Numbered from the whole stretch's first letter, positions 47,170-61,166 are shown. The stretch: 63,956 bases of DNA, filler included, from Octopus bimaculoides (GCF_001194135.2; 7 parts of 6 records of this genome joined end to end with filler, not necessarily neighbours in it); one strand, 5' to 3'. Numbers and translations: made by a program. Notes: generated by a model not told the origin, from the letters alone.

Positions 47170-49314
47170 GGATCCAAACAATTGCACACTGGCCATAATG
47201 ATGGGGCCAAACATTTGCACACTGGCCATAAAGTCGGGGTGCGAACATTTGCACACTGGCCATAAACTCGGGGACCAACATTTTGCTCACTGGCCATTAA
47301 ATCGGGGACCAAACATTTGCACACTGGCCATAAATTCGGGAACCAAACATTTGCCCACGTCCATAAAATCGGGGACCAAACATTTGCACACTGGCCCTAA
47401 ATTCGGGAACCAAACATTTGCCCACTGTCCATAAAATCGGGGACCAAACATTTGCACACTGGCCATAAAGTCGGGGACCGAACATTTGCTCAGTGGCCAT
47501 AAAGTCGGGGACCAAACATTTGCTCAGTGGCCATAAAATTGGGGACCAAACATTTGGACACTGGCCAAAAAGTCGGGGTCCAAATATTTGCACACTGGCC
47601 ATAAACGCGGAGAACGAACAATTGCACACTGGTCATAAAGTCGGGGACCGAACATTTGCTCAGTGGCCATAAAGTCGGGGACCAAACATGNNNNNNNNNN
47701 NNNNNNNNNNNNNNNNNNNNNNNNNNNNNNNNNNNNNNNNNNNNNNNNNNNNNNNNNNNNNNNNNNNNNNNNNNNNNNNNNNNNNNNNNNNNNNNNNNNN
47801 NNNNNNNNNNNNNNNNNNNNNNNNNNNNNNNNNNNNNNNNNNNNNNNNNNNNNNNNNNNNNNNNNNNNNNNNNNNNNNNNNNNNNNNTCATAAAGTCGGG
47901 GACCGAACATTTGCTCAGTGGCCATAAAGTCGGGGACCAAACATGTGCACACTGGCCTTAAAGTCGGGGACCAATAATTGAACACTGCCCAAATAGTCGG
48001 CGTCCAAATATTTGAACACTGGCCATTTAATCCGACTTTATGGCAAGTGTTCAATTTTTGGTCCCCGACTTTATGGCCAGTGCGCAAATGATTGAACCTC
48101 AATTAAATGGCCAGTGTGCAATTGATTGCACCCCGAATTTATGGCCAGCGTGCAATTTTTGGTCTCCGACTTTATGGCNNNNNNNNNNATGGCAACTTTG
48201 CCAATGTTTCGACCCCGACTTTATGGTCAGTGTGCAAATGTTGGGACCCCGATTAAATGGCCAGTTTGCAAATGATTGGACCCTGAATTTATGGCCAGTG
48301 TTCAATTTTTGGTCTCCGACTTTATGGCCAGTGTGCAAATGTTTGGACAACGACTTTATGGCCAGTGTTCAATTTTTGGTCCCCGACTTTATGGCCAGTG
48401 CGCAAATGATTGAACCTCAATTAAATGGCCAGTGTGCAATTGATTGCACCCCGAATTTATGGCCAGCGTGCAATTTTTGGTCTCCGACTTTATGGCCATT
48501 GTTCAATTTTTGCTCACCGAATTTATGGCGAGTGTTTAATTTTTCGTCCCCGACTTTATGGCCAGTGTGCAATTGTTTGGTTCCCGACGTTATGGCCGGT
48601 GCGCAAATGATTGTACCCCGATTAAATGGCCAGTGTGCAATTGATAGCACCCCGAATTAATGGCCAGTGTTCAATTATTAGTCCCCGACGTTCTAGGCAG
48701 TGTCCAATTTTGGTCCAAGACTTCATAGCCAGTGTTCAATTTTTGGTCCCCGACTTCATGGCCAGTGTTCAATTTTTGGTGCCTGACTTTATGGCCAGTG
48801 TGCAAATGTTCTGACCCCGAATTTATGACCATTTTGACAATGTTTAGACCCTGACTTTATGGCCAGTGTTCAATTTTTGGTCCCCGACTTCATGGCCAAT
48901 GTGAAAATGATTGGAACCCGACTTTATGGCCAGTGTGCAAATGCTTGGTCACCGATTAAATGGCCAGTGTGCAAAATGATTGGACCCTGAATTTATGGCC
49001 AGTGTTCAATTATTGGTCCACGATTTTATGGCCAGTGTGCAAATATTTGGACCCCGATTAAATTGCCATTGTGCAAATATTTATACCCCGACTTTATGGC
49101 CAGTGTGCAAATTTTTAGACCCCAAATTTATGGCCAGTGTTCAATTCTTGGTCCCCGTCTTTATGGCGAGTGTTTAATTTTTCGTCCCCGTTTTTATAGC
49201 CACTGTGCAATTTTTAGTCCCCGACTTTATAGCTAGTGTGCAAATGTATGGATCCCGATTAAACGGCCAGTGTGCAATTGATTGTACCCCGAATTTATGG
49301 CCAGTGTTCAATTA
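47170..49314. repeat. 33-34-bp GC-richer minisatellite array (caaacatttgcacactggccataaagtcggggac), forward to ~48031 then reverse-complement to the segment end
   Basis: Direct reading; roughly 60 unit lengths including two small gaps; orientation switch at ...gaacactggccatttaatc|cgactttatggcaagtgttc... Confidence 0.95.
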
Positions 49315-49414
49315 NNNNNNNNNNNNNNNNNNNNNNNNNNNNNNNNNNNNNNNNNNNNTTAATTAATTAANNNNNNNNNNNNNNNNNNNNNNNNNNNNNN
49401 NNNNNNNNNNNNNN
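49315..49414. other. Artificial scaffold-join spacer (6 of 6)
   Basis: N44-TTAATTAATTAA-N44. Confidence 0.95.
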
Positions 49415-49468
<54 letters not shown>

Positions 49469-49556
49469 CGTCGAAGACCGAAACTTCGATGTCACAATTC
49501 AATTTATCGTGGAAATTTCTCTGCTACTCCGAAATCTCGAGTAATTCTTCATTGGA

Positions 49557-49938
49557 GGCGCAGGCCTGGCTTGTGTAGTTAGAAGCTTAATTGCCAACCG
49601 CATGGTTCCGGGTTCAGTCCCACTGTCTGGTACCTCTAGCAGATGTCGTCTACTGTAACCTCGGGCTAACCAAAGACTTGTGAGTGGATTTGGTAGATGG
49701 AAGCTGAAAGAACCCCGTCGTATATATACGTATATATTTATGTGTTTGTCCCTAACTCCCGTCTCTTTACAACCGATGCTGATTACGTCCCTGTAACTTA
49801 GCGGATCAGCAGCAGACACCGATAGAATAAGTACTAGGCTTAAAAAGAATAAGTCCAGGGATTGATTTCTTGGACTAAAAGGCTATGCTTCAGTATAACC
49901 CAGTCAAATGATTGAAACAAGTAAAAGAATAAAAGAAT
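49557..49938 (+). mobile_element. SINE family 1, full-length copy
   Basis: ggcgcaggcctggcttgtgtagttagaagc...ggttccgggttcagtcccactg...acaaccgatgctg...gatagaataagtactaggc...gaaacaagtaaaagaataaaaga. Confidence 0.9.
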
Positions 49939-50080
49939 ATAATGTTAAATATCTTTAAATATAAATTAGATGGAAAGAAGACCTCTGTCTGTCTGACTGT
50001 TTGTCTGTCTGTCTGTCTATCTATCTGTCTGTTTGTCTCTCTCTCTTCCTCTCTCTCCCTCTCCCTCCTCTTTCTATACA

Positions 50081-50121
<41 letters not shown>

Positions 50122-51446
50122 NNNNNNNNNNNNNNNNNNNNNNNNNNNNNNNNNNNNNNNNNNNNNNNNNNNNNNNNNNNNNNNNNNNNNNNNNNNNNNN
50201 NNNNNNNNNNNNNNNNNNNNNNNNNNNNNNNNNNNNNNNNNNNNNNNNNNNNNNNNNNNNNNNNNNNNNNNNNNNNNNNNNNNNNNNNNNNNNNNNNNNN
50301 NNNNNNNNNNNNNNNNNNNNNNNNNNNNNNNNNNNNNNNNNNNNNNNNNNNNNNNNNNNNNNNNNNNNNNNNNNNNNNNNNNNNNNNNNNNNNNNNNNNN
50401 NNNNNNNNNNNNNNNNNNNNNNNNNNNNNNNNNNNNNNNNNNNNNNNNNNNNNNNNNNNNNNNNNNNNNNNNNNNNNNNNNNNNNNNNNNNNNNNNNNNN
50501 NNNNNNNNNNNNNNNNNNNNNNNNNNNNNNNNNNNNNNNNNNNNNNNNNNNNNNNNNNNNNNNNNNNNNNNNNNNNNNNNNNNNNNNNNNNNNNNTATAT
50601 ATATGTATGTATATACATATATATGTATATATAAGTGTGTGTGTGCATGTGTATATATTTATATATATGCGTGTGTGTGTGTGTGTGTGCGTGTGTATGT
50701 ATTTTACACTTATACGCAAGTATAAATAAACATGGTCTTTTACTTTCCACTTCAGACGAAGGGTCTTACACTAGAAAACCCTTGGACCAAAGAAACAGTT
50801 AGTTTGTAGCTCAGTTTCAATTTCTACTGAATGTAACCCCAGCAAATAGTCATCAGTCATGAAATGTGACACAGTATGGAGGTTCGACAACTCGAAATTA
50901 CAAGAAAATCTCACTTAAATAGCATCGTTACTTGCACGCGTCAGAAGAGATGCTCAGTGATCTACAAAGGACCGAACTTGTTGAAGACGTTTCTGAGGAG
51001 GGGAAGTGAAAACAGTTAAACATCGGATTGGAGAGGATAAGGGCTTGTTAGTGTTGGAATTATTGCGGAAGTGATGCAAGAGGATATTAGAGTAAGTGTA
51101 ATGTATTTGAAGTGGGTACATTCTCTATTGTAAACGTGTTCATACTAGCGGAAGAGATTCATTCATTTATACGCTTAAAGACGTATAAATGTAATATATG
51201 TATGTATGTATGTATGTATGCATGTATGTATGTATGTATGTATGTATGTATGTATGTTTGTATGTATGAAGTACTTTTATTGAGTCATAAAGCTACTGGG
51301 TGGACACTCATTCACATATAAGCAAATACATATGCATACGCCTATATACGTGATATATGGGTGTATACACACTCAATCACACACACACACACACCACATA
51401 TGTGTGTATGTGTTTATGTATTTATATACTCAATCCTATCTCTTCC

Positions 51447-51480
<34 letters not shown>

Positions 51481-52905
51481 NNNNNNNNNNNNNNNNNNNN
51501 NNNNNNNNNNNNNNNNNNNNNNNNNNNNNNNNNNNNNNNNNNNNNNNNNNNNNNNNNNNNNNNNNNNNNNNNNNNNNNNNNNNNNNNNNNNNNNNNNNNN
51601 NNNNNNNNNNNNNNNNNNNNNNNNNNNNNNNNNNNNNNNNNNNNNNNNNNNNNNNNNNNNNNNNNNNNNNNNNNNNNNNNNNNNNNNNNNNNNNNNNNNN
51701 NNNNNNNNNNNNNNNNNNNNNNNNNNNNNNNNNNNNNNNNNNNNNNNNNNNNNNNNNNNNNNNNNNNNNNNNNNNNNNNNNNNNNNNNNNNNNNNNNNNN
51801 NNNNNNNNNNNNNNNNNNNNNNNNNNNNNNNNNNNNNNNNNNNNNNNNNNNNNNNNNNNNNNNNNNNNNNNNNNNNNNNNNNNNNNNNNNNNNNNNNNNN
51901 NNNNNNNNNNNNNNNNNNNNNNNNNNNNNNNNNNNNNNNNNNNNNNNNNNNNNNNNNNNNNNNNNNNNNNNNNNNNNNNNNNNNNNNNNNNNNNNNNNNN
52001 NNNNNNNNNNNNNNNNNNNNNNNNNNNNNNNNNNNNNNNNNNNNNNNNNNNNNNNNNNNNNNNNNNNNNNNNNNNNNNNNNNNNNNNNNNNNNNNNNNNN
52101 NNNNNNNNNNNNNNNNNNNNNNNNNNNNNNNNNNNNNNNNNNNNNNNNNNNNNNNNNNNNNNNNNNNNNNNNNNNNNNNNNNNNNNNNNNNNNNNNNNNN
52201 NNNNNNNNNNNNNNNNNNNNNNNNNNNNNNNNNNNNNNNNNNNNNNNNNNNNNNNNNNNNNNNNNNNNNNNNNNNNNNNNNNNNNNNNNNNNNNNNNNNN
52301 NNNNNNNNNNNNNNNNNNNNNNNNNNNNNNNNNNNNNNNNNNNNNNNNNNNNNNNNNNNNNNNNNNNNNNNNNNNNNNNNNNNNNNNNNNNNNNNNNNNN
52401 NNNNNNNNNNATATATATGTACACAAATATATAGAGATATATGTAGACGTATAAATACATATCTATCTATTTATCTATCTGTATACAAACTTTGAAATAC
52501 ACACAGACACACACATGTATATGTCAATGCACACGCGCAAACACTAGCAAACACATTAATTTTAAATGGAAATACGAATACATGTAGCTTTTTGCACATA
52601 TACATATATATGTATACATGTATGTATGTATGTATGTATGGGTGGATGGATGGATGTATGTATGTATGTATGCAAGTATGTACGCATGTATGTATGTATG
52701 AATGGATGGATGGATGAATGTATGTATACAGAGATAAAGAGATAGAGAGATAGATGGATAGATAGATGGATAGATAGATGTGTGAAAATGTATCAATATA
52801 CAGCTCTCTGCCCACTACTTTCTCTGTTTGTCTGTCTGTATGTCTGTCTCTCTGAGTATCTATCAACACTTGTATTGATAATTTATGAATGTATGTATAT
52901 GTATG

Positions 52906-52937
<32 letters not shown>

Positions 52938-53194
52938 TATATTAGAGTGAGTGAGGGCGAGAGAGAGGGAGAGAGAGAAATGAATAAAATACTGTATGAA
53001 AAGCGCAAAGGCACGAAACTCATTGCCCTTGATTCACAGTAACTTGTGTTGAAAAGTAGCAAATATATAACTATATGTACAGATGTTGTCAGCGCCACTT
53101 TCTCGCTTGTTTAATGGAGTACACACGCACTGATATATATATATATATANNNNNNNNNNNNNNNNNNNNNNNNNNNNNNNNNNNNNNNNNNNNN

Positions 53195-53266
<72 letters not shown>

Positions 53267-53822
53267 GGGAGATAGAGAGAGAGTGGGAGTGAGAGAGAGA
53301 GAGTGGGAGTGAGAGAGAGAGATGTATACGTGTGTGTGTGTATCGATCTATGTATATGTACGCACACAGATAGACACACATACACACACATGCACAAGCA
53401 CAGAAATACACACACACGCCCGCGCACTCTCTCATTTGGGAGTAGGCAAACCAAAGGAAAATGCACTCTCAAAACCTTTAGTAGAAGTTACACTCGATAT
53501 TATTTAGAACAGTTTGATTCACATTCATGATATTGTGTATAGCACTCACACGACTGTAAGTCGTTGGGGGTCAGGTGTCGATACACAAATGCACACACAT
53601 ACACATACACACGCACACATATAGAGAGACATTTACAGGTGTACATGCATATATCTAATGCCTGTAATAGATAGGAAAATTTACATTTCCTTATAAATGG
53701 ATACACTTTATGTGTGTATGTATGTATCTACCTATCTATCAATGTACCTGTCTATTAATCTCATCCATTTCCTTGCTTCCTCTATCTATGCCTAACTCTC
53801 TGTATTAGCCCCTTCTCTCTCC

Positions 53823-53871
<49 letters not shown>

Positions 53872-54532
53872 NNNNNNNNNNNNNNNNNNNNNNNNNNNNN
53901 NNNNNNNNNNNNNNNNNNNNNNNNNNNNNNNNNNNNNNNNNNNNNNNNNNNNNNNNNNNNNNNNNNNNNNNNNNNNNNNNNNNNNNNNNNNNNNNNNNNN
54001 NNNNNNNNNNNNNNNNNNNNNNNNNNNNNNNNNNNNNNNNNNNNNNNNNNNNNNNNNNNNNNNNNNNNNNNNNNNNNNNNNNNNNNNNNNNNNNNNNNNN
54101 NNNNNNNNNNNNNNNNNNNNNNNNNNNNNNNNNNNNNNNNNNNNNNNNNNNNNNNNNNNNNNNNNNNNNNNNNNNNNNNNNNNNNNNNNNNNNNNNNNNN
54201 NNNNNNNNNNNNNNNNNNNNNNNNNNNNNNNNNNNNNNNNNNNNNNNNNNNNNNNNNNNNNNNNNNNNNNNNNNNNNNNNNNNNNNNNNNNNNNNNNNNN
54301 NNNNNNNNNNNNNNNNNNNNNNNNNNNNNNNNNNNNNNNNNNNNNNNNNNNNNNNNNNNNNNNNNNNNNNNNNNNNNNNNNNNNNNNNNNNNNNNNNNNN
54401 NNNNNNNNNNNNNNNNNNNNNNNNNNNNNNNNNNNNNNNNNNNNNNNNNNNNNNNNNNNNNNNNNNNNNNNNNNNNNNNNNNNNNNNNNNNNNNNNNNNN
54501 NNNNNNNNNNNNNNNNNNNNNNNNNNNNNNNN

Positions 54533-54569
<37 letters not shown>

Positions 54570-54743
54570 CCACTACTGCAATAATTGTTCTATAGAGTGC
54601 AAGATTTTCCTGGAAGAAACATTTTCATTATATTAGCGAAGTATTTTATTGTAACTTGTACTTTAGTCGTTGTTTGACAAATATCCCTCGAGCAAGCCAC
54701 ATTATGGACTTATATGCCTTCATACCGATGTACATATAATGCA

Positions 54744-54777
<34 letters not shown>

Positions 54778-55250
54778 CACACATACACACATACACACAC
54801 ATACATATATACGCGCACACACACATACACATATACACGTATATGATGCAATGTTAGATAAAAAGGCATTATTAATATATAATCTATACATATATATGTA
54901 TTTATATATATACATCAATATATATATATTTGTGAGTGTGTGTGTGTTATATGTGTATGTTTATATTTATATATATCTAAATGTTTTAAGGTTTGTTATC
55001 TTCAGTTAGAATAAAAACAATTTTAGATTAATCTGAAGGCTTGCTTTGAGCAATTTTTGAGGACAAACTTGCTATTTGTATACACAAATGATGTTGACAG
55101 TGAATTCGAAGCCTCGCCCTGCCAAGTAGTACGACGATGGCTTAGTAAGCACAAAGTTCGATGTCACTCCCAAGTCCACACGCATTTATATGTATATATA
55201 TATTTTTCAAGATTCACACACACACACGCACACACACACATATATAGTTG

Positions 55251-55281
<31 letters not shown>

Positions 55282-55544
55282 TCATGTATGTATATTCACA
55301 CATAGAGTTGATAAGTTTCAGCTTGAGCGAATTTTACCAGTGCGCTGGTTGTACACCAGTTAACAGTTATTTTCCCTATTGCCAGTGGTCTGGTCTGCTT
55401 ATAATATATTTGTAGACGCTACAAACTTGAATGTATATCCAGGAAAAAATACAGAAAAATGTATGCTACATGCAGCTATTTAATTTTACACACACACGCT
55501 CGCACTAATACATAGACACGCACATACATATGTATAACAAATAC

Positions 55545-55601
55545 CTAGATATGTATCTGTGTGTATATGTATATATGTATATGTATATATATATGTGTGT
55601 G

Positions 55602-55692
<91 letters not shown>

Positions 55693-55770
55693 GCATATAC
55701 ATATACACACATACACACACATATGTATATATGCATTTATATATACATATATAATCATATATGCATATAT
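55545..55770. repeat. Long (TA)n/(TATG)n microsatellite; (TA)n or (CA)n runs also border most sequencing gaps in the window
   Basis: Direct reading. Confidence 0.97.
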
Positions 55771-55945
55771 GCATGAAACTCTACACACATGTCTATCTAT
55801 ACCTAGGTATATTCCTTTTCATACGTGCTCTTGTTTGGGATAAATTAACTGCACCGTTTCAACTATCTCTACTACTGCTACTACTACTACTACCACTACT
55901 AGTGTTGGAATTGAAACTGATGTGGCTTTTATTCGTACCAGTAAA

Positions 55946-55977
<32 letters not shown>

Positions 55978-56404
55978 TAAGAGTAATAGTATTTGTTGCA
56001 TTACTTTTTATATGTATTTTGCGAATAGTTAAATGCAGTCACTTTCTTGTTATACAACTGAAGCCCGTCCCTTATTTTGGGGACATTTTTTCTTATCCTT
56101 TATGCAAGAACGATGGACAGTGCCCATTTTCCGTCACATAACCCCCCCCCCTCTCCCCCAGTATGTTGTGTGAAAAAGAGATCGCCTGGCTTGAACGTTT
56201 GCAACAAAGTGGGACATTGTTAAAGACACTCAAGCTCCCAGGTAATGTAATTAAACCAGACAATATACTAAGGCTACCAGCCATTGCACATAGTAGGATT
56301 TGACCCCACAATGTAAACATATGGCCGGACATTGTTACATAAGCTCTTATCTAGATATATTTAGGGTGTTTCTGTTCATCAACACCTTAAAATGTTGAAA
56401 AGCA

Positions 56405-56500
56405 AAATCACCTCATCGGAATTTGAACTCAGGATGCAGCGATTCGGAATAACTACCCCTGTCGTATTCTATCTAACCTTCCAACGACTGTGCCACATCA
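56405..56500 (-). mobile_element. SINE family 3 head, degenerate
   Basis: Reverse complement contains ggcacagtcgttggaag...ctgagttcaaattccgatgagg (B-box-like). Confidence 0.5.
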
Positions 56501-56941
56501 CCACCTCCACTTATGGCCGGAATGTTCTTTCTATTATTGCCATGATTTCGTTTCCGGTATGCTGTCATTAACCCCTCAATTATTAGTGTGCTTTTCCATT
56601 GTTTAGACCGTGTAGTGTCTCCTCTCATTGAATTAATTTCATTACACTTAATTACGGGTTGATATTGATAATAACCTAGCAGAACTAATTAAGAAATTTA
56701 TTCCGATTTAAGCGTAAATCAGATTCGCAACCAGAACACTCTCAAATACAAAGTCTCTCTAAAAATTATTACTGTTTACTGAGCAGCAACGTTTATTACG
56801 TTTTCAGGTTAAACCCTGCGCATGTGGAATCTGTTATCAAGTAATTCGCACGATAGACTGCTTGAATGTTTTGACCGATGTACTTTCGAGACAGCAAAAT
56901 ACTTCATTGATTCTTTGACAACTAGTACTTGTGTGTGTGTG

Positions 56942-56975
<34 letters not shown>

Positions 56976-57436
56976 TTATATATATATATGTGTGTATATG
57001 TGTGTGTATCAATGGGCAGTATATGTCTAAGGTGCAAAGACGTAGCTTACGACGAACAGGCATTACATAAATCTATGCATATAAATGTAGGCATTCACTA
57101 ATGCAATCTCACACAAACTCAGGCTGACCGATATGGGCTTCAAATCCTAAGAACCCTCATTGCACAGATTCTGAAACAGTATTCAAAATAATTCCCGTAT
57201 TTTCTTGCAATCCTTGGTCTAAACTAGAATTAATTCTGCTACTCAAATTTTCCCTACAATCTATGTTGTTGTCAATGGAAGCTCAAACAGAATTTAAGTT
57301 TTAAAAGTAATTTTCAATACACTAGCGCGCATATATATACACATGGGCACACGCACGCGTGCGCATACACACACACAGGGGCGCACACAGAATAATTACA
57401 TAGTTAAACAATTTGAAGTAATATGCAAAAGAAATA

Positions 57437-57856
57437 CCGTAAATCCTCGAGCATAATCCGCACTTTTTACCAAAATTTAAAGGTCAAAATTTCTAGTGCG
57501 TACTATATACGAGGTTAAAAATGAAAAATATTTTCTAAGCAAAATTTTCTAAGTGATAAATATGTAAAGGCAATTTACTTAATATTTATTTTTCACTGAC
57601 GTTATTACTGTTAGTTCTTTATTTTCTGCAAAGTGAACAAAAAAGCTACACGTTTGCATTATGTTATATATACAATAATAATAAAGGACGTTTCCGTATA
57701 TATGTTTACAAACCACTGACATTATATAGACCTCCTTGACTCAAGTTAGAGAAGGGTTGCGTATTATACACAAGGTTTAGGTTTTTCATAGGTACATCCA
57801 CCTAAAAATCCCCTACGTATTATACTCAAGGGCGGACTATACTCGAGGATTTACGG
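57437..57856. mobile_element. 420-bp non-autonomous Tc1/mariner-superfamily (pogo/Tc2-like) MITE with 25-bp TIRs and a TA duplication
   Basis: TA|ccgtaaatcctcgagcataatccgc ... gcggactatactcgaggatttacgg|TA; 23/25 TIR identity. Confidence 0.88.
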
Positions 57857-58832
57857 TATTTGTTTATCTTCAAAGAAATCAAGTGAGGTCCTGAGAATAA
57901 TATGTACAAAATGATGCACAAATACATCAAATAGGTAAACAGCATCAAGCGATGCATAGACATAAATAAATGATTAGATATATATGATTGACATTAAATC
58001 CCTCATACACAAGATCTAGTCTCTAGCCTACGGGAGTGCTGCTGATTATATCTACCTTTCCTATAACTAGTACAATGGTTTTGTTACTCAGAACTGTCTG
58101 ATCTTATAGTGCATCCACACTCGACGTCCCTAACATCCTCCTCTTCCTAAACTCCGGCACTCTTATTGTTTCTGTCTTCTCCTACTCTGGTCTTGCACTA
58201 ACCACAACGTTCTCACAGTCTTTCATACACGCTAGTCTCCGGAAAATTTTTCCTTTGTTATAGCTGTCGTGCAAGTGTGGTCTTGCCTTAGATTAAAGGG
58301 AACATTCACTGCAGGAAGTTGACACCTAGTGGAGGCTTCAGAAAATACCACTGGCCTTGGGTACTGCCTCTTCTTCCAGAGTAACAAGGAATACATACAC
58401 ACATATATATGAGTGCGTGTGTATGTGCACGTATGCATTTATTCCATCCATAGAGACTCTTGTATTTCTTTTAGTCGGGCGTAGATAGATGTCTATGGCC
58501 ACTTGACGCCTCCGTCATCGGCGTTATACACACGTTCATCTTCGTTTTTATACACACCGTAAAACAGAGATCGGCGTTACAGAGGAAAAGGCGAGATATG
58601 AAGACACAAAAAAAAAAAAAAATTCAATTTCCTATGCGAATGTCTTTGCAAGAGTTCTCAAATTTTCTACAACAAAAGTAATACAAATATAAACCACAAC
58701 TTAATTGGCGGAAATATGGTGTTATTATAATAATTTCGCATTTATATGGAAAATATATTTCTGCGGAAGTTGATTAGTGAGATGGCGAGCTGAAAAGGAA
58801 AAGAATGAGTGCTATGTATGTATGTATGTACG

Positions 58833-58866
<34 letters not shown>

Positions 58867-59752
58867 TGTATGTATGTATATACGTCTGTATGTATGTATG
58901 TATGTATGTATGTATGCGTGTAAGTATGTATGTATGCGTGTATGTATGCACGTATGCATGTGTGTGTATGTGTATGTGTGTGCTTGTGTTTGTGAGTATA
59001 TATATATATATATACATACATATACGTACATACATATATCTATGCATACACACACATATATATATACATGCATATATATACACACATGTACATACAAATG
59101 TATATANNNNNNNNNNNNNNNNNNNNNNNNNNNNNNNNNNNNNNNNNNNNNNNNNNNNNNNNNNNNNNNNNNNNNNNNNNNNNNNNNNNNNNNNNNNNNN
59201 NNNNNNNNNNNNNNNNNNNNNNNNNNNNNNNNNNNNNNNNNNNNNNNNNNNNNNNNNNNNNNNNNNNNNNNNNNNNNNNNNNNNNNNNNNNNNNNNNNNN
59301 NNNNNNNNNNNNNNNNNNNNNNNNNNNNNNNNNNNNNNNNNNNNNNNNNNNNNNNNNNATATATATATGTATGTATATACATATATATATATATGTGTGT
59401 GTTTAGTAACAATTTAACTCAGCTTCATATTACATGTCACTCTAGCCGAATATATTGAGATTGAGTGCTACTTATTTTCTTTCGTTCACTCATATGTGTT
59501 GAGTCTGTGTTTATGTGTGTGAATGATTTCTGTGTGCGCGTCTGTGAACCAATTGATAAGACACAATATATGAGTCTATATAGGAGTTAGGGAGCGAAAG
59601 AGACCGAAAGAAATTAGAGAGGGAGCTTTGGAGAAAAAACAAGAAAATGTTAGCCACAAAACGAATGCACATACACTCGTACAAACAGAAAAAAATCACA
59701 CACACATATACCCACACTCAATCACTCTCCCTTATTCAAACACACACATACA

Positions 59753-59894
<142 letters not shown>

Positions 59895-61124
59895 GCTCCA
59901 TTTTGCCAAATACTTTATGTGCATTTACAACCCACGTATAAACACACGTAAACACTCACAAATATGTACACATATACAAACACAGGCACACACATTCATA
60001 GACACACATACACACATACGCACATACACAGATAAAAAATACACAAACACCCACGACAAACATAAAACGTTTCTCCTGAGGTATTATTGAAGTGATTGAT
60101 TGAAAAAAATTATATGTAGACTTAGGTTTCTTTCATTGTTGGATCTATAAATGACCTAGGAATTTACTGAGATTTTTGCTGCAGCCAATAGACACAAATA
60201 TCGGCTCTCCTTCCAAGCAGTTAGATAAAATATATAGAATAAAGACGCTTATGTACATACAGGAATATATACATAGGTACGCACATACATGCACATAAAC
60301 AACACACGCATGTACACACGAATATATATGAGAGTATTTACTGAATGAAAAAGAGCATATGGATACATATAGTAGAAATAAGCGAATTACATGTTGTATT
60401 TTGCATGCCTGAGGCCAGCAGTGAATGTTGAGCTAGCCCTTAAATACGGCGTTTTACCCATGATCATCCCTTAGAATTATTTACAACTATTTCCAAGTTA
60501 ATATATTGTGTAATATACTTTCCACTTTTGCAACAATAAGGTGTAAATCGACTGATATTTGTCTGCTAGTTCTAATAAGCCCCTCACTGTGGTAAGTTCT
60601 CGTTCGTTGACTCACTGATGTTGTTATTAATTATCTCAACATCAATACTGATCGACTAAATCAATGAACAGATTGTTTTCATCTGACTCTTTCCGTCAAT
60701 ATATATGTATGTAAGGAAATATGATCTAATGTTTTTTTTTTAATATTTCTATTATAAATGGAATAATGGTATCTGAGGAAGAATAGGATGTCACTTTTAG
60801 CATTTAGAACTACTGATTAGAGTCTGTCAACATTGGCCCGTTCATAATGATGTTCATGTACTGTTCATGAACGATGGTAGTCTTGCGAAAATCTATCACA
60901 GAATCGGGATCGTAGTCTGTGGTTTATGAGACCAAGAAAGCTAATCCTGAAGTATAATTATATACTAATCACATAAGGATCAATAAATGAACAATAAATA
61001 AAGACACATATGTCTTAAAATGTGTTAAGACAAGAATCACACTCATACTGATGTATACTTGTGATATACATATATGAGTTTTAGTTGTATAAAATAGCTT
61101 ATGAGTTTACGTCACACACACACA

Positions 61125-61166
<42 letters not shown>

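Noticed and set aside
47170-49314. Array as C2H2 zinc-finger coding sequence (repeated HTG) or as a CRISPR array
   Set aside because: The period is 33-34 bp rather than 84 bp, the frame shifts nearly every unit, there is no CxxC/HxxxH spacing, and there are no unique spacers or cas genes.
56162-56241. Candidate exon MLCEKEIAWLERLQQSGTLLKTLKLP
   Set aside because: It has splice-like ends but no homology I recognise, and the flanks look like DNA-transposon ends.
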